Shown: one piece after another, positions 18,920 to 28,246 of the stretch
How the letters are laid out: each line of letters opens with the position of its first letter
How positions within the stretch are numbered: position 1 is the stretch's first letter
Assembly: GCA_964554485.1 (NCBI GenBank)
Contig: CAZKOX010000001.1
Coordinates: forward strand, 9,363-73,362
Direction of reading: 5' to 3'
Length of the DNA stretch: 64,000 bases
DNA from: an uncultured Candidatus Saccharibacteria bacterium
Lineage (GTDB): Bacteria > Patescibacteriota > Saccharimonadia > Saccharimonadales > JAGQMS01
The notes under the pieces: model-generated
Seen by the model: only the letters and a program-made list of their open reading frames with translations
The model's database searches: none
What the model was told of the DNA's origin: nothing
Position numbers and translations under genes: made by a program

Positions 18920-19645
18920 TTATTTTAGCAGACCTGATGGTTTGTTGATATCGACCCAGACGATTGGGTGGTCGGAAGCACTGCTGTAGCTGTGGCTAGA
19001 AGATCGAACTTCAACAGTATCTTTATGTAAAATAACGTCAAGGTTCATACCCGGCCACCAATCCGGGATATTTATACCTCTGTAGTTGGGGTGTGGAAAT
19101 ACAGGACGGTCGTCGGCGTGCGCCTCGGCATATCCTGCACGTTCAAAACGTTTGCGCATCAGAAAAAACGGAGGTGAGTTAAGATCGCCGACAAGAATAT
19201 CAGGGCTAACATCAATGATTTTATTGGCATGCAGTCTGCGCTGTCGTAATTTTCTAATAAATTGCCAAGGCATATGACAGCCTAATATCCTTAAGCCATC
19301 AACATTTAACCAATTTACACTATGGTTGTTGTCTATGGTAATTTCTTCTGGTATTGCTCGACTTGCTGTTTGTGGGTCAGCTAAGAAAATGCCGTATTCA
19401 TCATCGTCGTTATACCTAAGTGGATCGCCAAGGGCTACGAGTCCGGCTTCCGAGGTTATGAAGTCGATATTGTCTTTAGTTACGCATTCACAGAGATAAA
19501 TTAAGAATCTTGCCGAACCTTGACGTGTTTTTGCTATAGTTTCAGCGATTTCGTCGAGCCGGTTGGCTTGGCTGGGGTGTTTGGGGACATCTAGATCGCT
19601 TAAAATATTCCAAGATGCAACTCTCATCTCATAATTATCCCACAA
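18920..19645 (-). CDS. endonuclease/exonuclease/phosphatase (EEP) family protein
   Basis: MRVASWNILSD N-terminal EEP signature; conserved D/H residues near the C-terminus (SDHPIV). Confidence 0.55.
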   Translation of the reverse strand: MWDNYEMRVASWNILSDLDVPKHPSQANRLDEIAETIAKTRQGSARFLIYLCECVTKDNIDFITSEAGLVALGDPLRYNDDDEYGIFLADPQTASRAIPEEITIDNNHSVNWLNVDGLRILGCHMPWQFIRKLRQRRLHANKIIDVSPDILVGDLNSPPFFLMRKRFERAGYAEAHADDRPVFPHPNYRGINIPDWWPGMNLDVILHKDTVEVRSSSHSYSSASDHPIVWVDINKPSGLLK

Positions 19646-19834
19646 AATGTCAAGACAGGTTGACTAATAAAGTATTGACATAAGCCTTATATATGTGCTA
19701 TAGTTATCGTTAATAGGTTATTTTATCGTATCTACAGATACGGCTATAAAATAAAAATGAATACCGAGCGACTCTGTTAATCTACATTTTCTCGTTGTTC
19801 ATTGACCTGAACAACATTAAATGAAAGGATTCTT

Positions 19835-21031
19835 TTGAGTTACGCATACAAAATGTCGCGTCGCCCTGGGCAACGCTCAGCTCCGCAACGTCGAGCACCA
19901 AATAACCGAGGTGGACAATATATTCACCCGTCAAAATTTATTAACAAAGCTTCAGTCGAACAAATCGCCGAGGAGGTTTTTACACCTGTTCACAGCTTTG
20001 AAACAATTGGGCTTGATGCTCGAATTGCTGAAAACCTCGCTCGTTTGGGCTATAAAGCTCCAACAGCTATTCAAGACGGTGCAATTCCAAAGGTTATTGA
20101 GGGTAAAGACCTTGTTGGCTTAGCTAACACTGGTACAGGAAAAACCGCGGCTTTTCTATTGCCTCTAATACACCGAATTCTTCAGAAAGAGATCTATCAA
20201 GTGCTGGTAATGGCTCCCACTCGAGAACTTGCCCAGCAAATTGAAGAAGAATGGCGCAAATTCGCCCAGGGTCTTCGACTATATTCGGCAATTTGTGTTG
20301 GTGGTACGAGCATGTATAACCAAATTCGATCATTACAAAAAGATCCGCACGTTGTTATTGGTACTCCTGGACGCCTAAAAGATCTTATCGAACAGGGTGC
20401 TTTGCGTCTTGAAAAATGCGATGGTCTTGTTCTTGACGAAGCCGACCGAATGCTTGATATGGGCTTTTTGCCTGACATTAAGTTCATTATGGATAAACTT
20501 CCAACCGAACGACAATCTCTTTGCTTTAGTGCAACAATTACACCTGAGATTAATCGTTTAATCGACGGAATTTTGAAGAACCCAGAAACTGTTTCTGTAC
20601 GAACCGGCGAAACAGCATCTCATGTCGACCAAGACATTATTGTTGCGAGTTCAAAAGAAGAAAAACTGGCAAAACTTCTTGAACTTCTTGCACAGCCAGA
20701 CTATGACAAGGTTTTGGTCTTTTCGCAGACTAAATGGGGTGCTCAGAAGCTTGCCGAGATGATCACGGCTGCCGGTTATAAGGCAGAAGCTATTCATGGC
20801 AATAAAACTCAGGCTCAGCGACAGAAGGCCCTACGAGCTTTCAAGGAAGGCAATGTTGCCGTACTTGTTGCTACCGATGTTGCAGCCCGTGGATTAGACA
20901 TTTCAAATGTTAGTCATGTGATTAACTTTGACCAACCAAATACCTACCAAGACTATGTTCACCGTATTGGTCGAACGGGTCGTGCTGGCAAAAAGGGTAA
21001 GGCTCTTACCTTTGTTAGTCATCATCCTTAG
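19835..21031 (+). CDS. DEAD-box ATP-dependent RNA helicase
   Basis: Q-motif, Walker A TGTGKTAAFLLP, DEAD, SAT, HRIGRTGRAG. Basic N-terminal extension. Confidence 0.9.
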   Translation: MSYAYKMSRRPGQRSAPQRRAPNNRGGQYIHPSKFINKASVEQIAEEVFTPVHSFETIGLDARIAENLARLGYKAPTAIQDGAIPKVIEGKDLVGLANTGTGKTAAFLLPLIHRILQKEIYQVLVMAPTRELAQQIEEEWRKFAQGLRLYSAICVGGTSMYNQIRSLQKDPHVVIGTPGRLKDLIEQGALRLEKCDGLVLDEADRMLDMGFLPDIKFIMDKLPTERQSLCFSATITPEINRLIDGILKNPETVSVRTGETASHVDQDIIVASSKEEKLAKLLELLAQPDYDKVLVFSQTKWGAQKLAEMITAAGYKAEAIHGNKTQAQRQKALRAFKEGNVAVLVATDVAARGLDISNVSHVINFDQPNTYQDYVHRIGRTGRAGKKGKALTFVSHHP

Positions 21032-21062
21032 TTTCGAATCCCACACCGACAAACGCTAAATA

Positions 21063-21200
21063 CCAGCAAAGCCGGCTATTTATGTTTGTCTCTTGGCTAT
21101 TTTCAGTCTATCCAGTCCAGTACTCACTTCAGCGTAGTTTATCTACGCCTCGTTCCGTGCTTCCCGGATATACCGAAACTAGCTCAAGTGTGGAATCCGA
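21063..21200 (+). repeat. conserved intergenic structured element, copy A (candidate sRNA / repetitive extragenic element family, 4 copies)
   Basis: Shares blocks ccagcaaagcc..tcttggctattttcag..tactcac..hairpin..gttccgtgcttcc..ccgaaactagctcaag with copies at 37561, 32545, 50668. Internal hairpin gcgtag/ctacgc. Confidence 0.6.
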
Positions 21201-21243
21201 GGCCACAAATCGTGCCAGCAAACTTCACTAATACCTGATAAAC

Positions 21244-21275
21244 AAAAAGACCTCGGACAACCGAGGTCTTTTTGG
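21244..21275. terminator. bidirectional Rho-independent terminator between convergent helicase and RRM genes
   Basis: aaaaagacctcgg-acaa-ccgaggtcttttt: 9-bp GC-rich stem, 4-nt loop, flanked by A-run 5' and T-run 3'. Confidence 0.75.
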
Positions 21276-21287
21276 ATCTAACGGATC

Positions 21288-21602
21288 TTAGTAACGGTTG
21301 TAGCCGCCACGGTCACCGCCACGATCGCCACCGAAGTCACGACGAGGTCGTTCTTCTTGTGGTCGGGCTTTGCTAACCATTAGCTTGCGTCCACCGAAAT
21401 CGGTGCCGTCAAGTGCCTGGATAGCTTTTTCGCCGTCTTCGTCGCTAACAAGTTCGACAAAGCCGAACCCTTTGCTACGACCGCTCATGCGGTCAACGAT
21501 AACGCGCGCGCTTTCAACTTCGCCGTGATCAGCGAAAAGTTTCTGCAGCTCTTCATCAGTGGTGCTGTAAGGCAATCCACCTACATATATCTTAAATGCC
21601 AT
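21288..21602 (-). CDS. RNA-binding protein with RRM domain and Gly/Arg-rich tail
   Basis: RNP2 IYVGGL and RNP1 KGFGFVE motifs; C-terminal RDFGGDRGGDRGGY. Confidence 0.85.
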   Translation of the reverse strand: MAFKIYVGGLPYSTTDEELQKLFADHGEVESARVIVDRMSGRSKGFGFVELVSDEDGEKAIQALDGTDFGGRKLMVSKARPQEERPRRDFGGDRGGDRGGYNRY

Positions 21603-21796
21603 ATTTTATTTCAAGCCTTTCATGCTTAATACTTAGCGGTTTCGACTCTTCTTATTGTTCCTTCATTGGACCTGACCAGCACGAAATCGGCTTGAAATGT
21701 CTTCTTTTAGGGGTAGATAAGCTACCGCATCGCTTTATTTATACAACAGTGCAGGTAAAATAGCAATAACGTATTCGTTTTGATAAGATATAAATA

Positions 21797-23047
21797 ATGA
21801 AATTATCGGAAGAATTAAAGTGGCGAAATCAGGTCAAAGACACTACCTTTAGCGACCTCTCGTGGCTTGATACTCCTCGAACTTTTTACTTGGGTAGTGA
21901 TTGTTCCTCGGACAGTCTAACGATCGGTAACCTTGCTGTTTATATGCTTGCCAGACGGCTACGAAAGCATGGCTGGAAGGCGGTTCTATTAGTCGGTGGT
22001 GCAACAAGCTTAATTGGCGATCCGGGTGGTAAAGACTCGGAACGTGATTTAAAGCCACGCACCGTAATTGAAAAAAATGTTAGGGGTATAGCCGAGCAGG
22101 TAAAAAAACTCTTTAGCGGCATGGACTTTAAGTTGGTCGACAACTATGACTGGTTTAAAGACATTGGTTATCTTGATTTTTTGCGTGAAGTTGGCAAAAC
22201 ATTTAGTATGACCGAACTTCTGCAGCGGGAATTTATTGCAAGTCGTTTAGGTAAGGACGGAGTTGGTATTAGCTATGCTGAGTTTAGCTATAACTTGATC
22301 CAGGGCTATGACTACTGGCACTTATTTAAAAAGTACGGCGTTGAATTGCAGATTGGTGGCTCCGACCAGTGGGGAAATATGTTGTCTGGCATTCCTCTTA
22401 TTCGAAAAAAAGAAGGCAAGGAAGACCATGCGCTTAGTATGCCGCTAACAATCAATAAGACAACCGGTGCTAAATTTGGTAAGAGTGAAGATGGAGCAAT
22501 TTGGCTCGACGCCAATAAAACCAGTGTTTTTCAGTTTTATCAGTTTTGGATTAATGTTGATGATGAAGGTGTTGAAGATTACCTAAAAATTTACACCGAA
22601 CTAGATAAATCAGAATTAAACGATTTAATGGCCGATCAAAAGAAGAACCCTGGTCTTCGGCCGGCACAGAAACGTTTAGCCTACGAAGTAACGGCTATTG
22701 TTCATGGCGAGTCCAAGGCTAAAAGCGTCAAGAACGTTAGCGAAGCTTTGTTTGGCTTGAAAGAGTATAAAGAACTTGATAAGGCTGATTTTGCCGAACT
22801 GGCAGGGGAGCTAAAGGTATTAAAAGCAAAATCCGGAGTGTCGTTGATTGATATTTTAGTTGACGGCGGCCTAGCTAGCAGCAAGACTGAAGCTAAACGG
22901 TTCCTCGAAACATCAGCTGTTTATGTAAATGGCCAACAAATTTCACTTAACAAAATGACTTTAGACAACTCGGATTCAATCAAAGGTTTTGTAGTTGTCA
23001 GACGCGGAAAAAATCAGTCCGTGCTAGTAAATTTTAAGGTGATATAA
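21797..23047 (+). CDS. tyrS: tyrosine--tRNA ligase (TyrRS) with S4 domain; HIGH motif reads TIGN
   Basis: Collinear with bacterial TyrRS (YLGSDCSSDSLTIGN..VGGATSLIGDP..KFGKS KMSKS-type motif..C-terminal S4). See finding on the degenerate HIGH motif. Confidence 0.85.
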   Translation: MKLSEELKWRNQVKDTTFSDLSWLDTPRTFYLGSDCSSDSLTIGNLAVYMLARRLRKHGWKAVLLVGGATSLIGDPGGKDSERDLKPRTVIEKNVRGIAEQVKKLFSGMDFKLVDNYDWFKDIGYLDFLREVGKTFSMTELLQREFIASRLGKDGVGISYAEFSYNLIQGYDYWHLFKKYGVELQIGGSDQWGNMLSGIPLIRKKEGKEDHALSMPLTINKTTGAKFGKSEDGAIWLDANKTSVFQFYQFWINVDDEGVEDYLKIYTELDKSELNDLMADQKKNPGLRPAQKRLAYEVTAIVHGESKAKSVKNVSEALFGLKEYKELDKADFAELAGELKVLKAKSGVSLIDILVDGGLASSKTEAKRFLETSAVYVNGQQISLNKMTLDNSDSIKGFVVVRRGKNQSVLVNFKVI

Positions 23048-23058
23048 TTTAGACAAAT

Positions 23059-24183
23059 ATGGGTACAGATAATCAAAAAAGCCAAATGCCGTCTTGGGTG
23101 CTTCGAGCAACTTTTACAGTTATCGGTGCGGTTCTGGCGACATATGTGGGCTTGGTTATCTTAGGACGTTTACAGGACTTAGTTTATTGGTTAGTAACGG
23201 CACTGTTTTTGTCTTTTGCTCTTGAGCCGCTTGTAAATAAGCTAGAAAAACGAAAATGGAACCGAGGACTTGCTACTGGATTGATATTGGTCGGTTTTGT
23301 ATTGCTGATCGTGGTTTTTATTGGCGCTATGGTGCCGCTAGTTATTGATCAGATTCGTGAGCTTGTCAAAGTAGCGCCAGACTGGGTCGAGCGTATCAGT
23401 AAACTAATTAAAGATTGGTTTGGTATTGAAGTAACTACCAAGCAGCTGCTTGAACAAATCCAAAAGGCCGATATCTCACTTGGCTCAACGGCTGGTAATG
23501 TTGCCGGTAATATCATTAACTTGAGTGGTAAGATTGCCGCTGGAGTCTTTCAATTTGTAACCATACTTCTTTTTACTTTCTATCTTGTTGCTGAAGGTCC
23601 TAAGATTAGACGTAAGGTAATGATGCTATTACCACCAAGACAACAAAAACAACTACTCGAAACTTGGGAAATTTCTATTGAAAAAACCGGTGGTTACTTA
23701 TATTCACGATTAATTCTTGCAGCGATCTCTACGGTTATGACCTTAATATTATTGCTTATCATTGGCGTGCCTTTTGCCTTACCACTGGCCTTATTTATGG
23801 GCATTATCTCGCAGTTTATACCTGTTATTGGTACGTACATCGCGGCAGCCGTGCCGCTACTTGTTGCACTTTTGGAGAATCCTTGGAGCGCGTTGGTGTT
23901 TATTATTTATGTTTTGGTTTACCAGCAATTCGAAAATTACGTTCTTGGGCCTCGTATTACTGCTCACACCATGCAGCTACACCCTGCAGTCGCTATTGCT
24001 GCGGCTTTAGCTGGTGCGAGTTTATATGGTGCTGTTGGGGCATTTCTGGCACTACCTCTTGCGGCTATTTTGCAAGCTAGCCTTGGTGCACTTTTGATTC
24101 GTCACGATCTAATTGAAGCCGGAAGCGACCTACTTGGAATTGATGAGAAAGAAGAAGCCAAGTTGTTAGACAAGAAAGCCTAG
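23059..24183 (+). CDS. AI-2E family transporter (UPF0118/PerM-like) membrane protein
   Basis: 374 aa, about 8 TM helices, a central less hydrophobic region (residues ~100-160) between the TM clusters, typical of AI-2E/PerM. Confidence 0.55.
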   Translation: MGTDNQKSQMPSWVLRATFTVIGAVLATYVGLVILGRLQDLVYWLVTALFLSFALEPLVNKLEKRKWNRGLATGLILVGFVLLIVVFIGAMVPLVIDQIRELVKVAPDWVERISKLIKDWFGIEVTTKQLLEQIQKADISLGSTAGNVAGNIINLSGKIAAGVFQFVTILLFTFYLVAEGPKIRRKVMMLLPPRQQKQLLETWEISIEKTGGYLYSRLILAAISTVMTLILLLIIGVPFALPLALFMGIISQFIPVIGTYIAAAVPLLVALLENPWSALVFIIYVLVYQQFENYVLGPRITAHTMQLHPAVAIAAALAGASLYGAVGAFLALPLAAILQASLGALLIRHDLIEAGSDLLGIDEKEEAKLLDKKA

Positions 24184-24222
24184 GCTTTATCTGCTTTATT
24201 TAGGTTAAAATAGCTATAGATT

Positions 24223-25275
24223 ATGGAAATACTAATAATTGTCTTTTTGATTTTAAATGCTGCGTTGGTGTTTTGGCTGATTAGCCGTAAGTCTGGCGTG
24301 AGTGGTGACAGCGCCTCGTTACTAAAACAAGACCTCACGGCCATGACACGCCAACTGGAAAAGCTGCGCGAAGGTGTTTCGGCTCAGCTAGAAACACAGG
24401 CAGATAGAAATCAACGCAGTATGAGTAAGCAGCTAGAAGCTAGCGCTAAACTTGTTAGCGATGTAACAGAGCGACTTACTAAACTAGATGAAACTAATCG
24501 ACGAGTTGTTGACGTGGCAGATGAGTTGAAGGTTTTGCAGAATGTTCTGCAAAATCCAAAGCAACGTGGCGTATTAGGTGAGTTTTATCTTGATCAAATT
24601 CTTCAAAATCTTCTTCCTCCGAGTTCTTACAGTTTGCAATATAAGCTAGATGAAGGCACTATCGTCGATGCAGTAATTCATCTTGACGATAAATTATTAC
24701 CTATCGACAGTAAATTCTCATTAGAAAATTACAATCGTTTAGTTAACGCAAAAACCGCCGATCGACCAGCTCTTGAAAAAGCCTTTAAGGAAGATTTAAA
24801 AAAACGAATCGACGAAACTTCTAAATATATCTTGCCGAAGAAAAAAACTATGGATCAAGCATTGATGTTTATACCAAGTGAGGCGATTTATTACGATTTG
24901 CTAGCAAATAAGGTTGGTGCAGCAGGCGTTTCTGGTCGTGACTTAATGCAATATGCGGCCGTTGAGAAACGGGTAATTATTGTTGGCCCAAGTACTCTTT
25001 CGGCAATGTTGCAGGTTATCGTGCAGGGACTACGAAGCCTAGAAATTCATAAAGACACAGAAATAATTCGTAATAATGTCGAACAACTTCAGCGGCATTT
25101 AATTGCCTATGAGGGTCATTATAAAAAACTTGGATCTTCGTTAGGTGCGACAGTTGGGCATTTTAATAACGCCAGTAAAGAATTAGGCCGAATCGATAAA
25201 GATATTGTAAAGATCGCTGGAGTTGAACCGGTACTTGAACCGATGATGCTCGACAAACCGTCCAGTGACGATTAG
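24223..25275 (+). CDS. rmuC: DNA recombination protein RmuC
   Basis: N-terminal TM, long coiled-coil, C-terminal RmuC nuclease-like block (VIIVGPSTLSAMLQVIVQGLRSLEI). Confidence 0.7.
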   Translation: MEILIIVFLILNAALVFWLISRKSGVSGDSASLLKQDLTAMTRQLEKLREGVSAQLETQADRNQRSMSKQLEASAKLVSDVTERLTKLDETNRRVVDVADELKVLQNVLQNPKQRGVLGEFYLDQILQNLLPPSSYSLQYKLDEGTIVDAVIHLDDKLLPIDSKFSLENYNRLVNAKTADRPALEKAFKEDLKKRIDETSKYILPKKKTMDQALMFIPSEAIYYDLLANKVGAAGVSGRDLMQYAAVEKRVIIVGPSTLSAMLQVIVQGLRSLEIHKDTEIIRNNVEQLQRHLIAYEGHYKKLGSSLGATVGHFNNASKELGRIDKDIVKIAGVEPVLEPMMLDKPSSDD

Positions 25276-26594
25276 TCCTCTGTCATTAGATCGATAATAA
25301 GTGCAGCTGTCCAAGAAAAGTCTGGAGCACCAAGGCCGCGTCCGTCAATTGGTGAAAAGTATTCAAAAACTCCAGATTTAGCAACTGTTTCGATGGTTTT
25401 TTGACGCAGTTCTTCGGCTTTTTCGGTAAAACCGGCACGTTTTAGGCCGTCGATTATTAGCCAGTTTGTATTTATCCAAGTCGGTCCTTGCCAATAACGT
25501 TCATCGTCAAAGTAAGAAGATGTAAGCGGCACGCTAGGAGCCGGGTGATTCGTCCAGTACTCGCGGTGATCACGTAATAAGTCGTGAAGTCTCGATGCGT
25601 GTTGTTTAGATATCGATCCGGCATAAAGTGGCAATAGACCGCCAATAGTTGGTTCGTTAATTAACTGGTGGGTAATAAAGTCACGACTATAAAACTGTCC
25701 GGTTTGTTCGTCCCACAAATCATTTAAAGCTTTTTCTGTTCTTTTCATAGAATCCTGTAAATGCTCAGGAACTTTAATTCTACAAACTTTAGAAATCTGG
25801 CTAAGTCGTTGGTTTGCTCGAACAAGGATACTGTTAAAAGAGATATCTTCGATGCAGAATTCAGAACGGTGAAGGATTTTTGTTATATCCCAAGCTTTGC
25901 GGCGAAAGCGACGAATTACATTCCAGTAAAGTAGGGCGTCAATATTTGTCATTCGTTGTCCTGGTGGGACGAAACGTGTGTCGCGACGAACAAGGTTGAC
26001 GACTTTGTCGAGACGTAGCCATTCGATTGTGTCTATCCACCAAGGCTTTGAATGCTCGTGAAGTTGAATCTGCCATGCTGGGGTACTGTCGAGTCCGGTC
26101 TCGTATGGGTGGATCTGAAGCGTAAGTCCCTCAGCGTGAGGATCTCGTTCGTTATAAAGCCATTCATGATGCCGAATTAAACTCGGGAGTAGTTTTTTGA
26201 ACCAAATGTTTCTTTGAGCTTTCGATAGTTTCTCGCCAACTAACCATATGGCTTCAGCAAGCATGGGTGGTTGTGTAATGCCGCTGGTTGCATGGTTGTC
26301 AGGGCTGAACGGCGAAGCCCAGCTTCGCCATATGTTTCGTTCCGCCTTATAACGAGAACCAGGCTGAAAAATAAGATGAGGTACCATCCCGTTAGCCCAT
26401 TGGGCATCGAGAATACTTTCTATTTCTGTTTTGGCACGTTGCACGTCAACGTGTCTTAGCCCAATTGAAATAAAACAACTATCCCATAGCCATTGATGAG
26501 GGTATAAGCCACTTGCTGGCTTAGTGTGGTTTCCTTGGTCATTCTTGTGCAATACATCTACACAAAGGTCATACAGTTCTTGGTGTTTTTCCAT
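25272..26594 (-). CDS. (alpha/alpha)6-barrel glycoside hydrolase, GH63 / mannosyl-glucosylglycerate hydrolase / debranching-enzyme-like
   Basis: PHQWLWDSCFISIG and NGMVPH blocks characteristic of the GH63-like/MGH1 family; 440 aa. Confidence 0.55.
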   Translation of the reverse strand: MEKHQELYDLCVDVLHKNDQGNHTKPASGLYPHQWLWDSCFISIGLRHVDVQRAKTEIESILDAQWANGMVPHLIFQPGSRYKAERNIWRSWASPFSPDNHATSGITQPPMLAEAIWLVGEKLSKAQRNIWFKKLLPSLIRHHEWLYNERDPHAEGLTLQIHPYETGLDSTPAWQIQLHEHSKPWWIDTIEWLRLDKVVNLVRRDTRFVPPGQRMTNIDALLYWNVIRRFRRKAWDITKILHRSEFCIEDISFNSILVRANQRLSQISKVCRIKVPEHLQDSMKRTEKALNDLWDEQTGQFYSRDFITHQLINEPTIGGLLPLYAGSISKQHASRLHDLLRDHREYWTNHPAPSVPLTSSYFDDERYWQGPTWINTNWLIIDGLKRAGFTEKAEELRQKTIETVAKSGVFEYFSPIDGRGLGAPDFSWTAALIIDLMTED

Positions 26595-26628
26595 TATCTA
26601 TTAGTATACCTAGAAAATGCTTTTGTAT

Positions 26629-27123
26629 TTAACGGAAGTTAGTGAAGTTTATCGGAAACGGAAAATCTTGATTTTTTAAAAGCTGCATAACCGCTTGAAG
26701 TTCGTCTTTTTTTTGGCTCATAACCCGAACTTCGTCACCCTGAATCTGGGTTTTTATCTTCGGCAATGATTCACGAATCTTAGCAGTAATCTTCTTAGCT
26801 TTTTCTTGGTCGAGACCTTTAACAAAGGGCACGTCCCAATACATCTTTAGGTTTGTAGTTAGTGGTTCTTTACTCACGTCAAAAGTTTTTTGGCTTATAC
26901 CGCGTGTAGCAGCCTTTTTGCGAATAATATCGATAATCGAATCTAGGTGTAGCTGGCTGTCGCCGGTTATCTTAAAACCATTTTTATCTGGCAGCCAATC
27001 AAGCGAAGCGCTTGAACCTTTAAAATCATAACGCGCCACGATTTCGCGCTGTGCTTGGTCGAAGACGTTGTTCATCTCGCCTTTGTCATAATCTGAAACG
27101 ATATCGAAAGAGAATGTAGCCAT
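26629..27123 (-). CDS. yajQ: YajQ family nucleotide-binding protein (UPF0234)
   Basis: MATFSFDIVSDYDKGEMNNVFDQAQREIVARYDFKG is the YajQ N-terminal signature; 164 aa. Confidence 0.85.
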   Translation of the reverse strand: MATFSFDIVSDYDKGEMNNVFDQAQREIVARYDFKGSSASLDWLPDKNGFKITGDSQLHLDSIIDIIRKKAATRGISQKTFDVSKEPLTTNLKMYWDVPFVKGLDQEKAKKITAKIRESLPKIKTQIQGDEVRVMSQKKDELQAVMQLLKNQDFPFPINFTNFR

Positions 27124-27211
27124 TGGCTCTAGTATACTTATTTGAGTAAAGATAGTGAAGTTATCATCTCAATTATCGCCACTCTGACGTATAATATTTA
27201 TAGAGATAAAA

Positions 27212-28246
27212 ATGGCTGAAAATCAATCCGCTAGTATTACAAAAACGCGCAAACTTTTACTTGAGCGTATTAAGACTGCCGAAGATCCTAGCTCGGTATT
27301 GCGTTCGGTGGAACTTCGAAGTTTGTTTGATCAGCTAAAAGTAATTGATAAAAAAGATCGAGCAAGTTTTGGCAAAGCCTTAAACGAACTAAAAAAGGAA
27401 CTTGAAGATCAGGTTAAAACTAAGAAATCGAAGGTTAGTGATGTTGAGCCAATTGACGTTACGGCGCCATGGGATATTAATACTAAGAATGATCAGAAGC
27501 CTCGAACGCTTGCTAGCGAGATCGGTAGTCAGCATCCGCTAATGGCAGAACTCAAAACGATCCTTGATATTTATTATCGAATGGGTTTTACGGCTGTCGA
27601 ATCACGTGAGCTGGACGATGATCATCATATGTTCGGAAGTTTAAACTTTCCAGAAGGTCATCCGGCACGTGACGACTACGACACCTTTATGACGGACGAA
27701 GGCTTGATTGCGCCGGCCCATACCTCGACCATGCAGAATCGTGTTCTTAAAGAATATAAATCAAACTTAGAAAAAGGTGAGCCGATTGCCGTGGTTATTC
27801 CGGGCCGGGTTTTTCGAAACGAAGATGTTGACGTAACTCACGAACATACTTTTTATCAATTGGAGGGCGTTTATGTTGGTGAGGGAATCAACGTCGGGAA
27901 TCTCATCGCCGTACTACAATCTTTTATGTCCGAATATTTTGGCCAGGAGCTTAAGACCAAGTTGCAGCCATTTTATTTTCCGTTTACTGAACCTAGTTTT
28001 GAATTTGCGATTGAACGCCCAGAAGCCTTAAAAAAGGGTGAATCTGAAGCCGACCAATGGTTGGAGCTTTTAGGATGCGGCATGATTCACCCCAATGTTC
28101 TTAAAATGGCAGGCATCGACCCCGAAAAATATTCTGGCTTTGCCTGGGGCGGAGGCATTGATCGGTTGGTGCTTATGAAATACGGCATTGAAGATATAAG
28201 GCATTTTGAATCAGGAAAACTAGAATTTTTGAGGCAATTCTCATGA
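27212..28246 (+). CDS. pheS: phenylalanine--tRNA ligase alpha subunit
   Basis: FPEGHPARD motif, class II core motifs. TGA stop overlaps the pheT ATG (ATGA). Confidence 0.9.
   Translation: MAENQSASITKTRKLLLERIKTAEDPSSVLRSVELRSLFDQLKVIDKKDRASFGKALNELKKELEDQVKTKKSKVSDVEPIDVTAPWDINTKNDQKPRTLASEIGSQHPLMAELKTILDIYYRMGFTAVESRELDDDHHMFGSLNFPEGHPARDDYDTFMTDEGLIAPAHTSTMQNRVLKEYKSNLEKGEPIAVVIPGRVFRNEDVDVTHEHTFYQLEGVYVGEGINVGNLIAVLQSFMSEYFGQELKTKLQPFYFPFTEPSFEFAIERPEALKKGESEADQWLELLGCGMIHPNVLKMAGIDPEKYSGFAWGGGIDRLVLMKYGIEDIRHFESGKLEFLRQFS

Noticed and set aside
21603-21796. T-box leader upstream of tyrS
   Set aside because: No T-box consensus (AATTAGGGTGGNACCGCG-type) or specifier/antiterminator architecture was found. 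The region is more likely the 5' UTR of the divergently transcribed RRM gene plus a plain tyrS promoter.
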